Position numbers and translations under genes: made by a program. From the NCBI RefSeq assembly GCF_006345805.1, contig NC_042998.1:116684001-116748000 (forward strand): 64,000 bases of DNA, in the 5' to 3' direction. Positions within the stretch are counted from its first letter, which is position 1, and each line of letters begins with the position of its first letter. The notes under the pieces were generated by a model. That model was not told the origin of the DNA and did not search any database. It was given only the letters and a program-made list of their open reading frames with translations. Below, in pieces: positions 29,438-42,934 of the stretch. This DNA is from Octopus sinensis. Taxonomy: Eukaryota.

Positions 29438-30364
29438 TATATAAGTGTGTATATTTGTTTATCTATGTACATACCTACTTGTTTAGCCTATATCTACCCA
29501 TATACGTATATAGGTGTGTATTTGTCCATCATGAATAAGATAGGGTTTTATTGAGTACGTGCATACAAGTATTTATATATGCGTGTGTGGAGTGTACATA
29601 TATTCTCGTGAGAATGTATACACGCATATGTATGTTCACGAGATATTCCAGCAGTACTCCTTTAGAATGACTATGACCTCTAGCATAATGTGGGTCCTCA
29701 TTTCTATGCCAGAAGTTTTTGCTTTCAGCGAAACTCATTATACACCGAATGCATGAATGTATGAATGAATTAAGGAATTAATGAATGAATGAATGAAAAT
29801 ATACCGTCTTAGAATAAATATGTAGTCTATAATATCCAAACCAGAAATTGATTAACAACATATATATCTCTGACATATTAAAAGTAAATTTCACCTCGGC
29901 AGAAATAGATATCAGTGTGAAACTCCAGATTAACTGCCGCAAACAAATTCACCCAGCGCTCTGGAGATTCTCGCAATTAGGCACCCTTTTACACTGTATT
30001 TAATTATTACAAAACGAAAAAAAAAAAAAAAGAAACATTTAACAGCAAGCTCCCTGCTAGTTGCCATATCCAGTAAAATTCTAAAATGTTGGCAAGCACA
30101 TGTTTTGCAATCTTCTACTACATTTTATATGTTTCTTTAGACGAATATATATTTTGGAACGTATAAAAGCAGAAATCCAATTAACGTGGCATAAAAATTA
30201 CAAAGGATTGTGAAAAAAGATTATTTTTAGATTCAGTTAAGAAATACTTGAACATGCTGAAATTAATTCACAGATGTGTCTACCTAATAATATGTGCGTG
30301 TGCAAGTGTCTGAGGATGTACGTACATGTGTCTGCGTATGTGCTTATGTATATGTGCATATTTA

Positions 30365-30483
30365 CATATATAGGCATATATACACATGAATGTATATAAA
30401 TATATATATATATATATTTTTATATATACACATACGTACATCTGTGTATAATTATATGCATACATGTATATACACAGAGATAA

Positions 30484-30522
<39 letters not shown>

Positions 30523-30826
30523 TGCATATATATACATATATGTAAATATATTTATATATATATAAATATGCATATATATACATATATGTATGTATATATA
30601 TATATATATTATATATATATATATGCAATAATTTTGATATATATTTAAAATAATATAAATTAATTAATCTTATATATTGGCTTAAGTTTTTCATTGTATG
30701 ATTTGCCTAATAGTGGTTATATCTCTAATTTAATATATGTGTATATATATATATATATATACATTCAGACATGAATATAGATATACACACACACACGCAT
30801 ATACATATATATACACACACACACGC

Positions 30827-30859
<33 letters not shown>

Positions 30860-31055
30860 ATATATAATATATATATACGTACATATATGTAAATATGTAA
30901 AATATATATGCATATGGATACATACGCATATATATGTATATATATATCTCCGAATATATACATATATGTATTCTTATGTCAATAGATATATATGTGCGTT
31001 TGTGTAAATGTGTATATATAAATAATGTATGTATATATATATATATACACATATA
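30365..31055. repeat. Degenerate (TA)n-rich microsatellite block
   Basis: Direct reading. Confidence 0.9.
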
Positions 31056-31319
31056 TACACTCCCACACACAAATATATTTACACGCATGTGGTTTTCTTT
31101 TTCCATATTCTAATCGAGCTTCTGTACAAAGATCGACATTTCTAGAATATTTCACATTTGACGTTATAAAATTTTTCGTGGGAGTAAAGAAAATTAATTT
31201 ACTTCAAACAAATAAAATCATGTATCTATGCTCTGTATAAAATAGCTTCCAATTTAAACCTTCTCCGAATCCCTATATACATAATTTACGAAACGTATCC
31301 CATACACAGTCGCATATAT

Positions 31320-31504
31320 ATCGCCATGATAGATTGTTACCCACTACACAAACTTTTTCTCTCCTTGTTATTTCTGTGCCCCTTTCTGTAGAAGAGCGTA
31401 GGCTCGAAAGGTAAAATACGTTTTCTATTCCTGAGCGTTATACTAATACATCTGTTTGTTTTGTACACCACGTGTCTTCGTCTTTTGTTTATCTCGTAAA
31501 ATCT

Positions 31505-31505
<1 letters not shown>
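31320..31505 (+). mobile_element. Dispersed repeat, probably a Penelope pseudo-LTR remnant (copy 2)
   Basis: Homologous to 25075-25170. Contains CTGTAGAA-GAGC-GTAG-GCTC-GAAA at 31386-31409. Confidence 0.45.
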
Positions 31506-31541
<36 letters not shown>

Positions 31542-31904
31542 AGTATGTATTTATGTATGTATAGGTAATGCATGCGCTTATGTATGTGTGTATGTATGTT
31601 ATTTTAAAGGAAAATGTTAATTGGTTTTGTAAATTGTAACTACTGGTGTATTCCTCAAACCAAAGAAACCTTCTTTCAGGCTGTCGTATATTTGTTTTTG
31701 AAAATACACTTTCTAGCCAGTCTGAAATTACGAACGTACCTGCAATTAATGTTTTATATACCACTCTTCACTATATATACAACAAACAATTCATAGAAGT
31801 GAATGCATGCCTGCTTAAACGTGTACAGTTCTTGATGACTCCATGTGTTTATGAGGGAAACATATCTTGATCTAATTATGGCTCCTTATCTTACATATAT
31901 TGAT

Positions 31905-32113
31905 TTCAAAATTTTGGCACAAAGTCAGCAACTTCAGTGAGAGCTATAGGTCTATTGCATCGATCCCTGTACTCAGATGGTACCTATTTTATCGATCCAA
32001 AAGGCCGAAAGGCAAAGTTGACCTCGGCGGAATTTGATCTCAGAACGTGTAGACAGACGAAATGTTGCTCATTATTTCGCATTGTGCCTAACGATTCTGT
32101 CAGTTCTCAGCCT
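31905..32113 (-). mobile_element. tRNA-derived SINE (second family)
   Basis: Minus strand GAACTGACAGAATCGTTAG...GTTCTGAGATCAAATTCCGCCGAGGTCAACTTTGCCTTTC...GATCGATAAAATAGGTACC. Confidence 0.7.
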
Positions 32114-33799
32114 TATTTCTACTATTAATATTAAATGGTGAAACTATCGCTCATTTACTATCGTATTTCGTATTCTATCCCTTAAACATATGTTTTGTTC
32201 AAACATAAGGATAAAATGAATTGTACAAGCTATAGATTGAGTTAATCTGGCTTTGAGTGGTATACAACTTGACCTACTTAAATTTTCTTGTACCACCAAG
32301 TAATTAAAATAATATGTTCTGTTACATTCCAAAATCAGTTTAATTATGTCCAAAATCTAGGGCTATATCTATCACAAGTCAATCCCTACTATTACATGTA
32401 TGCGTGTGTATGTCACGATTCTATGATTACTTTTCCTAAAATATATTTGAGGAACTATCAGACACAGATTTCCCATTTCGCATCATCTGCATGCACAGGT
32501 ACAACCTTAAAAATTAAAGTCATAAAACCTAGATCAATGGACATTAAAGCACTTGTGCAAGAGAAATGCGTACCAGATTGAAATATTGTAATACATATGC
32601 TTTGAAGATGTATAATTCTTTTTTCCTATTTATGATGTTTTGTATAAATACACTATATGCTGTAAAATATCTAGACAAGAAAACTCAGGATTCAGCTGTC
32701 GAATGAGTGGCAGACAAATAACGTCTTAAACAATTCCCAGAACCGGAATTATACCAGTCTACTAATAAGGCAATTGCCTGGATTCCAAACCCCTATACAT
32801 TAACCACATATGTGTATATGTATGCATATGTCTGTTTGTGTGTGCAAGCGTGTGTGTGTATATGTAAACATATATACAACCACATGAATAGAGGGCGTGA
32901 AGTGCGACGAGCTGTCTCGATAACTTTACACCTCTCTGTCCACAGAGAGACATTTTCTCCATAATAAAATATAGTGATTGGCTATGTTGCGGTTTCGAGT
33001 ATACCTCGAGCACACAGCAACTGGTAACAATATTGTATTTATACACATCGCTTCTTAGTGCTGTCTACACGCATATACATGTATGCGTGTGTGGAGGGCG
33101 GGGGTTGGAATTACGTGAAAAATTTTGCTAATGAGAAAACAAATAATTTTTTGCTCTTTTACAAAACAAATACGACACGCTTTAGGTGCAAAGTAATTAT
33201 TAATTAGGCGTTTGTTGTTTCATATTTATTTGGAAATATTTTGTTATAACATTCTCACTTGGCAACAGGTTTTCCGAAATTATACAAAATTGTCAGAGAT
33301 GTTGAAAGAGAAAGAAAATAATCGTGTTTCGTCTAAAAATGTAAGCAAATTAGGATATATGTAATAATATGTATCCATACATATGTGTGTGCGTGTGTGT
33401 GTGTGTATTGCAACTATACATCTAAACTAATATATAGGTATAATTTGTACAGGAATACGCACACACTCAGACACACACACATATACACGCACTAACATAA
33501 ACATATATATGTATATATATAGAGAGAGAGGGGAGAGAGAGAGAGAAAAGGATTGGGTGAGAGAGACAAAACAAGAAGGAATCTTTTATTATATGTTATA
33601 AATAATGTGTCCTAATTTGTTACACCTAATATAAGATTACCATAGTTTCATTAATGTATCATATTCTTGAGGTACTAATCTTTGCCAAACACTACCAAAT
33701 TTGAATTGATCGAAACTGCACAATCCAAATGCTAACTAACCTTTTATAACCCCTAATTCAAAAACACATTTGATTGCTAAACTTTATTTTATATCTCAC

Positions 33800-34363
33800 T
33801 GTGCGATATATAATATAACGAAGCAATTGGGAAGAACACGTTTTCGACGCACTACTATTACTATTACACGAGACTCAACCCTCTATATGTTGGATAAGAG
33901 TGAACTGCTTAACAACAGGGTCTACCAATCGCTCATAGTTACTTAATTTATAACAATGAGTCAGTCCATCTTTAGTCAACTGGGTAATGATCGGAATCCT
34001 TCCACAACATCTTCCCTCTTTAGAATCAGTCTCCCCAATCTTCTCCCCCTTTAAATATTGTACTCCGCTCCGATTTTAATATCGCTTACTTTTAGTGTTC
34101 AATTCCAGTGTTTCCGTTCTTTTCGGCTTTCTAGTTCTAGAACGTGTAACTTCTAATTGTTTGGGTGTTGGTACCACAAAATTGTCGTACAATATTTCCA
34201 TAGGGATTCCACTGCGCGTAACTGCTTTTCCCGTAAATCATTTCTTCAGCTCGTTGATATGTCTTTTGTATGCGACATCTTTTCACTTTACCAGGAATAG
34301 CATTCTTCCAATTTGTTTAATTATTACACTGCCCGCCCAGTTTTCTTTACAAAATCTTTAGGT
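33800..34363 (-). mobile_element. Gypsy/Ty3 LTR retrotransposon relic: integrase C-terminal tail, polypurine tract and 3' LTR
   Basis: Minus strand ENWAGSVIIKQIGRMLFLVK*KDVAYKRHINELKK...EVTRSRTRKPKRTETLELNTKSKRY* matches the W..G.I....G...Y.V....KRH.NQL..RRS.R.RKP pattern of metazoan Gypsy pol ends. PPT AAAAGAGGGAAGA lies directly before TGTTG at 34009. The LTR end (~33800, ...CACA) is approximate. Confidence 0.65.
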
Positions 34364-35866
34364 TAAAAAAAAAAAAATTTCTCACGTAACTTGAAGAATT
34401 TTGAAAGGATCTTTACCTTTTGACCTACAGATTTAAAAAAATTATTTTTTGTAACTAAGTAATTTCAAAATTCGTATACTGGTAGAATGTGTCGTATAAA
34501 ACATCTTTTACTCTTAGCATTTTTGAGAAAAACTTATATTTACGAAGCAATTTCACGTAAAATTAATCCTATTTCGGTAATTTCAACCAATCAATAACGT
34601 GTATTCCGCTGAATAAAATTACTGCCGCTGTTTGTCAACAACAGCTATCGTATTTTCCATGCGAGCAATGTCAAGCAATCTCCAAATATTTCACTTATTC
34701 AAACGTAGAGACTGTAGATTATATTATTCTGCAATATATAACACAATGCGTTGAAGGGACTACATTGTTTAACTGTATTAAATAATTTGCACTTATATCA
34801 AAGTTTATTGTACTTGTCTGATGAAAACAAATTTAAGTTGACAATCTTGAGCCGTAGGAAAAGAACTGGCTTGCTTCTAAATTATTAATATTATTATATT
34901 TATTTAAGTGACAAAATTCTATGAACTAAGTTACCTGTGAGTGACTGTATTATTCTCTGTGAACTTTAATTATACTAGCGCCGTTGGAATATTTCCGCAT
35001 ATAATTCTACATCTATTTTGGAATTTGTTATAATTATTCTTATAATTATGTTCATAAACACTCATCATAACGAGAGTCTAATTATACAATCGAATGAATT
35101 TATTTATTTTTTTTACCTTGATAACTATTTTCCAACGACAGTTACAAATCTCTATATTTCCAAGAGCACGGTTTTGCATTCAGTTAGAAAGGAAAGACTG
35201 GTTATTTACAGATCAGAATTCTGTTCAGATGATAAGTTTACCTTTATGAATCCTTGGCTAATCCCAGTTGATTTCGACCATTTGATAATCTTTTTTCTTT
35301 TTACTAACGTATATACTACTGCGTCTATTCTACTGTTGTGGTTCTGAAGGTTTAGAGTTTTAGATGATGGATTCAATAGTTCTGATGTTCCTCATACACT
35401 GAGAGAAGCTTGGAAAAATATATGAAGATTAAAAATAATAGAAATATCCAATTTTAGTGACTGAAATTTCTTCACGGGTGATTGGATCTGGGATATATCG
35501 TTCGTTTAAATAAGAAAATATCAATTTACCTCTGTTTCAGATATACCAGATTATAATAAATATTTGAGTTCAACTCTATTAAATGATCGACTGTAAATAA
35601 TTAGAAAACATTCGTAATAATTTTCGTTTCATTTTCTTTTGATGGATACAGTTATTACAATTAAAGTATACGGCAATAACATTCACAATTTCCTACAAAA
35701 TATGAGACACACTGCATTTGCTAGAAATCAAATTTCTGTTATGTTAATGATACTGCCGTAAAATTGCATGATTCTTAATTAGTGATACTATCATTGTGCA
35801 TATTTTATCGAAGATGATATTTTTGTTATAACTTGGTATAAAATTTATATTATAAATGGGACTTAC

Positions 35867-35966
35867 CGACACGAATTGTCCTTGGAAGACATTCCACAGA
35901 ACGAAAGCTGTAGGTGCATATAATAGCTACAAGAAATATTTGTACTCCCCAGATATTTCCGTTCAT
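35867..35966 (-). CDS. First coding exon (signal peptide and start of the amino-terminal domain) of a probable AMPA/kainate-type ionotropic glutamate receptor
   Basis: Translates MNGNIWGVQIFLVAIICTYSFRSVECLPRTIRV+G (33 codons + 1 nt), followed by a perfect GTAAGT donor at 35866-35861. Hydrophobic core and small-residue cleavage site (VEC|LP). LPRTIRVG resembles the first beta strand of iGluR ATDs (insect kainate-type LPPVIRIG-AIF; GluK2 HVLRFG-GIF; GluA2 SIQIG-GLF). From memory, vertebrate GRIA/GRIK genes have a phase-1 intron in this same Gly codon. An upstream in-frame ATG at 36014 is an alternative start. Confidence 0.65.
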
Positions 35967-36306
35967 CTTTATGGTTCCTCTTTTGGTGTACAAATCTTGT
36001 TCTTCTTTTGGCATTGCTATTTTGTGCAATTGCGTTTTTGAAAATTCAAATCGCACAAATCGTAAAGCCCTGTAATTCCTGGACTTATTGAATTCAGGTC
36101 AAGTTCAGTGTTAATTTCATGTTGACATATATTTAAAAGTTACTAATTTTTGTTTCTTTTGATACCCACTGGTTATCCGTCTCCGTCTTTCTACTTCTAA
36201 TCTCCACCTATGTTTTCGTAAATATCACCATTATTCACATATTTAGACCTTCCGAAAATAATTTCAGCGTTTCAGAATTCATATTTTTTCTGTTCCAAGA
36301 AAAAAT
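35967..36306 (-). other. Probable 5' UTR part of the same exon, bounded by a splice acceptor
   Basis: Minus strand reads tatttatttattgattgtttttcag|ATTTTTTC, a long T-rich tract plus CAG ending at 36307. This would give a 440-nt exon (36306-35867) and implies an upstream non-coding exon. Confidence 0.4.
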
Positions 36307-38642
36307 CTGAAAAACAATCAATAAATAAATATATATAGATAAAAAAATATATAATGAAAGATAAAGTATAATATATTTACATATAAAAATCTGCATGAAT
36401 TGTGAACCTCAAAAAGTACGAATAATCACTTCCTTAAAATAGTATTCTGAGAGACTTTACTTAGTGACGTAGTCAATTGAACGAAATCTTGCAAATAAAT
36501 GATAGAAAGATTATCAAACGCTTTTAGGCAAGGTGTACTAAAACTGGGACACGAGAGATCAAATGTGGTCGATAATATATTTAAAATTGTTATGATTAAT
36601 GAAAAGAGAGTTGTATTGTAGAACTGGCACGCGATGTATTTAATTACTAGCTTTAATTACTTCCGCTTAGTATGTTTAATAAGTATTCTGAGTCAAACTT
36701 GACATTCATCTATTCCAATTACCTCCTGGTATAATTTATTTTTTCAATATGTTACTCCATAATTCACAATAACTATTTACAATATTCCTAATTGCAATAG
36801 GAAAAACAAAGCAATTATCTAATTAGAAATGTAAAACGAGTAACACTCAAAGAAGTGCTTCTGAAAAATGAGTTCTTGTGTTTATGCTTGAAAATGTGAA
36901 AGGCTATTCATAGCTTGAAATTTACATAAAGTAAGACTTTATGTCATTGTCAGCTATACGATATCTTACGTCACTTAGCAAAAAATGAAACACTATTATC
37001 ATTGTTATTGTTGAGTTTTAGAAATGAGAATTCAAAATAAGTCTTTTTTCCTTTAAAAAGAGAAAATTATTTGTGAAATTCTCAAATTTTCACTGTCTAC
37101 GTATTATTCTGTATAGAACGCTCTCCAATTTGCGATACATTATTTATCACAGAAACTCTCATTTCTTAAAGATAATTTTAACAACAAAAGCAAAGCCATT
37201 GTTGAGAAAATTGACGATATCTAATGCTTTCAGTCCAGTAGGAATTAAATAGAGAACTCATAACCACCTTACCACATTCGATTATATGATGAAATTTCAG
37301 AGATCATTAAATCTGATCATAAAATCCGATAGTCCACAGTCTTGTATTGCAATATCCATCATTGGAATTTATAATAATAAATATAATTGCGTATTTTGAG
37401 AGAGATACCTGTCTAGATATCTTAAAGTAGACAATGGCCGACTATACTGAGTCCTATTTTTTAAATTTAAACTTAATTTTTGGACCCTCAGAAAAACAAC
37501 CTGAGATTGGTAGTTGGATTCGCAATGTAAATGGATTAGATGAGTCTGGTACTTCATAGTTTCTGCAAATTAATGTTATCAAGGAGATACTTTTTTTACA
37601 TTTTGTCGTCATCTGCTGGGTAGACTTTTCTTTCGGTAAATCAACGTTATCATAGTACTTGATGCTATTAACCAGGTAAGAACCATTAGCACGTTTGGCA
37701 TAGGAAACAGGTATGGAATTCAAAATGAATGTACGTAGTTAAGTATGCTATGGAATCATGTCGGCACTAAAGAAATCGAGATTTCTTTAGTAATAAACGA
37801 AACAAATCTCTCTAATATATTCGTTCGACTTTCTGGTATGAAGGGACATGACAAGCAGCCAAATCAACTCTAGAACTGGGTCTACGCTATATATATCTTA
37901 TGTTTTAGAAAGACTAAGTTGATCCAGGTGAATTCGTACTCAAAACCTTGGAAATGGTCGTCAGTAATGTATTTATATGATGTTTCCTAGATTTCTTACG
38001 AATCTTGCTAATCCAAAATGATTTTAATAATTCTAATAATAAATATTTTGCCTATTATTTCATTGTGGCAATGTAAACAGCAATATTATTTATTACGTAT
38101 TAGCAGCAATTCTTTTTTATCTATATACCTTTGTATATTTTGTCCATATGCTAAGTTTATACTATTGCATGTAAATATGCAAGTTAGTGAAAAGAGAAGC
38201 AAGCGAATAAGTGGAGTTTTCAACCTTATTATAATGAACATTGAAAATAAAATGCAGATAATAATTTCCAGCAATTTGAATTAAATAACATCCTAATCTG
38301 CCACGTTCAAAAATATGATAATAACTAGTTTAACAGATATGTTTCTGAGTTTCTTGAAGTAATAGTATTATTTTCGATTTTAATCATTATTTGTTCTTAC
38401 TTTTTTTAAATTCACTTGGCCTAAAGCAAAACAATGAATTCAGTCACGATGTTAAAGATAGATTTGCACTTGAAACAAAGCTTAAGGGACAGTTAAAACT
38501 AAAAACGAAAATCCAAATTCGATTTAAATACATATACTAGGATTTCTTTCCAAGACGGCAATTCACTTACTCCAATACATATATATATATATATATATAT
38601 ATATGTATTTACATATACGTTTCCATGCATACGTATACACAA

Positions 38643-38686
<44 letters not shown>

Positions 38687-39679
38687 CATACATACATATT
38701 TTCTTAATTTTATTTGTTAGGGAATAAAAATTCCGGCATAACAGGGGTTCAAATTATTGTCAATGAATAAATATATATATATACATACAGACGCACGTTT
38801 GTGAGCCTGTACATATATTCGTGTGTGTCTGTCTTTCTCTGTGCATGTGTGGGTGTGTGTCTGTGTGTGTTAGAATATTTTAACTGCAGGTGGAGAGAAA
38901 TCGTTTTGTCTCATTGTTTCTGGCTATTTCTAAAATTTCTAAAATAATATAACATTTATGTATACGCATGAAGTGGGCAAAAAAAAGAAGAAAAAGGAAT
39001 AGAAAGATATACAAATACATGCATGCTTATGTATAACTGTGCGTGGGTCTGTCTTGCGTATGTCTGTAGTTTCTAAATTCAACCGTGAGATAAGCTCTTA
39101 TTCTTCCGTTTTTATCTGCCTACCTTGTTTATTTATATACCCTTGTATCTATATCCCACTCAAAATTTCTACACATATCAGAGACACTCTCTCTCCCTCT
39201 CTCTCTCTCCTTCTTTCTTCCTCCGTCACAAGCACCCACACAAACACACATGCACGCACATAGAAAAGCACAGCTATCTCTCTGCCTGTAACTTGCTGCT
39301 TCTTTGATTTATTTGCGCACGTATGTATATTTATATATAGAGAGAGACTGACAGATAATCAGAGAGACAGGCAAACATACAGACAGATAGACGGAAAAAT
39401 GTACATAGATGCATGCTTACGTACATACACATACACATACATACATTCATACACCCATCCATACATATATACATATATACGCATACATACATACACACAT
39501 ACATAGAAGTAAATTAACGCCAGTTTATATTTATATTCCCACCGCTGACTCATAGTAAAAATATATTTATTTCGTTTTTCTATTTTCTAATTATATACGG
39601 TGTCCTAGTTTTGTTTCCTGCACTCAACCCGGAAAAATTGAAAGATATATAAATAAATAAATGCGTGATGATGATGATG

Positions 39680-39730
<51 letters not shown>

Positions 39731-40605
39731 TAATAATAATAATGATAATAATAATAATAATAATAATAACAATAAAAATAATAATAATAATAATAATAAT
39801 CATTATTTCAGGAACTGAGCAAACAAAAGTAACGAGATACTTACAAATTTTCCAGACACATGAAGGCTAAATATCCAACACACTATATTGAATATATACA
39901 CAGATGCAACCAAGAAGGAACTACGAAAATAGTCAAATTCGAAAATATCTTTCTTGCTACATGACACTTCTAATGGTCTTACCATTATTACTGATGATAT
40001 TTTAATACTGCGTAAACATCAAACATCTAGATTTTTTATATACAGCATTTCGGGAAACATTTCCTGTTTGTTTGTTTCTGATTCACATGGTGTGTGTTTT
40101 TGTTCTTTGTATTAATTATATAATTACGTTTTTACTTCACGTTGTAATCTCGAAAGATCAAAATTTTGTTCCATCACAAAAGGATTAACGCAGCAACTGT
40201 AGTGCAGATTACTATAATCGGATTAACTTTAATATATTTTAATTATACACATACATACACACATATTGAAATACAGGTACACATATACATTTACAAAATC
40301 TTAGAAACACATAAAAACACAAACATATATTGACAGGTATGTATAACTATAAGCACACACAGGTAAACATAACTCTAACGTACAAAGTCGTGCGTATGGA
40401 CGCAAGCACTGTTGAAACCAGTATGTGTCTGAGTGAGCCTGTTTACACACACTCTCACACACACTCTCTCTCTCTCTCGATCAATCTCTCTATCTCCCTA
40501 TCTATCTTTCTGACAATCTATCTATTTATCTTTTCTATTCTATTCTATTCTATTTTATGTATCTGTCCGTGTGCCTGCTTGTCAATTTCTTTTGGTAGAT
40601 AGATA

Positions 40606-41958
40606 TGTTTCTTTATTAGCCACACAAGGCTGAACAAAGAGGTGACAACTTACAAAGTAGAGCTTTTCTTTGCGTGGAGAAAAAAAGGTGGGGAGGTTTT
40701 CGATCAAAAGGGATCGTAAAAAAAGAAAAAAAAGAAAAACAAGAAAGAAAAACGATCAATAGGGATCGTGTATCACAGAAATGTCATGATGTAAAGTGTA
40801 AGGGGGAAACAAATAATGTTTACCCCTGGAAGGAAAAGCCTACGGAAAAGACCACGGTAACCTCGGCCAATAATGCCACATGTTAACACACGGATTTGCA
40901 ATAACTAACTCTCTGTTTTAAATTTTTCCAGGTTCATAGGATTGTGCTCAAGATGTCTTCGTCATTCATACGTGCCATCCTTGCTACATTCACTCATCTT
41001 TTTTTTAAACATTCGCTAGACAAAATTTGCCTCTCTACTCTCACATTCCTTTTCAAGTGATACTTGAAGAAATTGATAAGAGATTGACCAGAGAGGAAAG
41101 TGTTTGTCTCTTATCTTTTCAGACGCGTCCGCCAGATACGTTCTTTCGCCGTAGCCACAAGTATGATGAAAATAGATCTTCTTTCTCGTTTGAAGGAAGG
41201 AGGCGTGACGATATTGACGATAGACTCGGCTGATAAACCGACTCGACCCACACGTGACAGCAGTCGTTCGACATAAGCCCACTGGTCGGAAATGATTGGA
41301 CACAGCACGAGCGCGTGAAGAACGGTTTCGTCGCTCGGACCGCATCTCGGGCAGGTCGGCCCCGTGTTTCTCAAGTGTGCTGCACAAACGGCGACCACAC
41401 CTGTTCACCGTCGTCTACGTAGAGCTGGAGATATCACAGTCTCAGCGCATGCCTGCGCATCATCAACCACGGCCGACCCACCCCTCCTTTTAACGGATGT
41501 TGACAGCAAATGGATCGTCTGTCCACGGGACGCATCATTTCCAAAAGAAGCGGAAGAGAGTGCGTTCTAGTTTGGTGATGGTATGGTCGGGACAAGGCAC
41601 GACAGTCAGGCAGCAGTACATGACGGCTGTGATGTACGTGTTCGCCACCTCCGCCCGACCTTTTAGAGACAGTTTCCTCTCGGCCAATTACCAGGAGATA
41701 GTAACCACCCTACTCGTTATTTCGTTCCAGTCTCCGAGGAACTCGACCGGACCGTCGGTCCAGCGTCCCACGACGGAAGCACTGGTGGACGGCATGGGCT
41801 TGCTTCTTCAGGTGCCGAACCGCAAGTCCACTTACATTTCCCCGTTGATTTTCGCCCCTGTAACCGCTTCGTAGTCTTTCAGTATCTCGCCGACCAGTTC
41901 CATGTGCTTTTGGCTGAACACTATGACCGTGACGTCGTCCGCATATGCAGACACGCTC
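40606..41958 (-). mobile_element. 5'-truncated L1/Tx1-clade LINE fragment (RT YADD region, C-terminal CCHC finger, 3' UTR)
   Basis: VSAYADDVTVIV..YEAVTGAKIN (L1/Tx1 RT) and CPRCGPSDETVLHALVLC zinc knuckle. A pyrimidine-rich 3' UTR ends in AATAAA (40617-40612) followed by (TCTA)2. Confidence 0.85.
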
Positions 41959-42081
<123 letters not shown>

Positions 42082-42760
42082 CAGACTGTTTTGGCTGTGT
42101 GGTTACAAACATTACCTAGTGAACGTCTAGTTTTTGAGTACACGCCGACATCGTGACACAGTAGACAAATGTCTTCTGCTGTAGCGTCAGGTTGACTGCA
42201 TGTTATGGAATGGATGTAGTACACGGAATTGAAAATAAGCCGTAGTGCAATGTAATTGTATGTGTATGTGTGTGTGAGTGTGTGTGCATGCGCATATATA
42301 CTTCTATGTGTGCGCGCACACGTGTGTGTATATATATACATATATATAAGCTTCTTTTCTGTTATGTTCTTTCATATGTTTCAGCTCAAATGCTGTATCC
42401 ATGATGGAGTAGCGCCAGTTGCTAGCGGACTGCTACGTGTGATGAATACATACCCGTTAGAAACTGTCTGAGTGCTGTACCATTAAGCTAAACGACCCCC
42501 TGAAGGTTTTGCATCTGAAAATGCTAAGAAATAAGCTGGCATGCAATTCAAAACACAGTTGCTAATGTGAGAGAAGAAAACAAGGCAATGATAACGGGTA
42601 TATTTACATGGAGAGGAATTTAACGCAATGAACATAGGTGAGCTACGCCTACCTTGCGTGGAATACATAGGTAAGTATTGTATAATTCAATATCAATTTA
42701 TTTCAACCCCCCTAAGTCAAATATCAGTTGAAAATATAACTTTTAACATCTGGGTTTTTA

Positions 42761-42934
42761 ATTAAAAACCAAGAATTCTGCCAAATACCACTGAGTAACC
42801 ATCTAGCAACATGTGATCGGAAAACATTTATGATATTCCCATTTCATAAACTTTACACCCTGAAGGAAATTGAGAGAAAACTGAGAGAAAAGGACTTTAT
42901 TAAGAAATTCAAACCCAAGCTTAACAAACAATGA
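42761..42934 (+). mobile_element. Penelope-like element (PLE) GIY-YIG endonuclease C-terminal remnant
   Basis: Not in the ORF track. Translates IKNQEFCQIPLSNHLATCDRKTFMIFPFHKLYTLKEIERKLREKDFIKKFKPKLNKQ*, matching the PLE pattern H..C...F...PF.K......R...E..FI..F.P.LN. Confidence 0.75.

Noticed and set aside
31753-31884. Minus-strand phase-1 frame GAIIRSRYVSLINTWSHQELYTFKQACIHF as possible iGluR exon 2
   Set aside because: It begins GAI and has a QEL.FK.A-like stretch, but the acceptor (gtaagataag) has no pyrimidine tract, no good donor precedes the stop and the conserved Phe of GAIF is missing. Worth one RNA-seq look only.
35018-35347. 109-aa plus-strand ORF with a hydrophobic N-terminus
   Set aside because: AT-rich intronic sequence yields I/F/L/N-rich ORFs. 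It has no motif and lies antisense within the presumed intron.
37455-37560. Plus-strand LIFGPSEKQPEIG resembling the iGluR AIFGPS motif
   Set aside because: Wrong strand and wrong side relative to the identified exon, and the frame is short with no splice signals.
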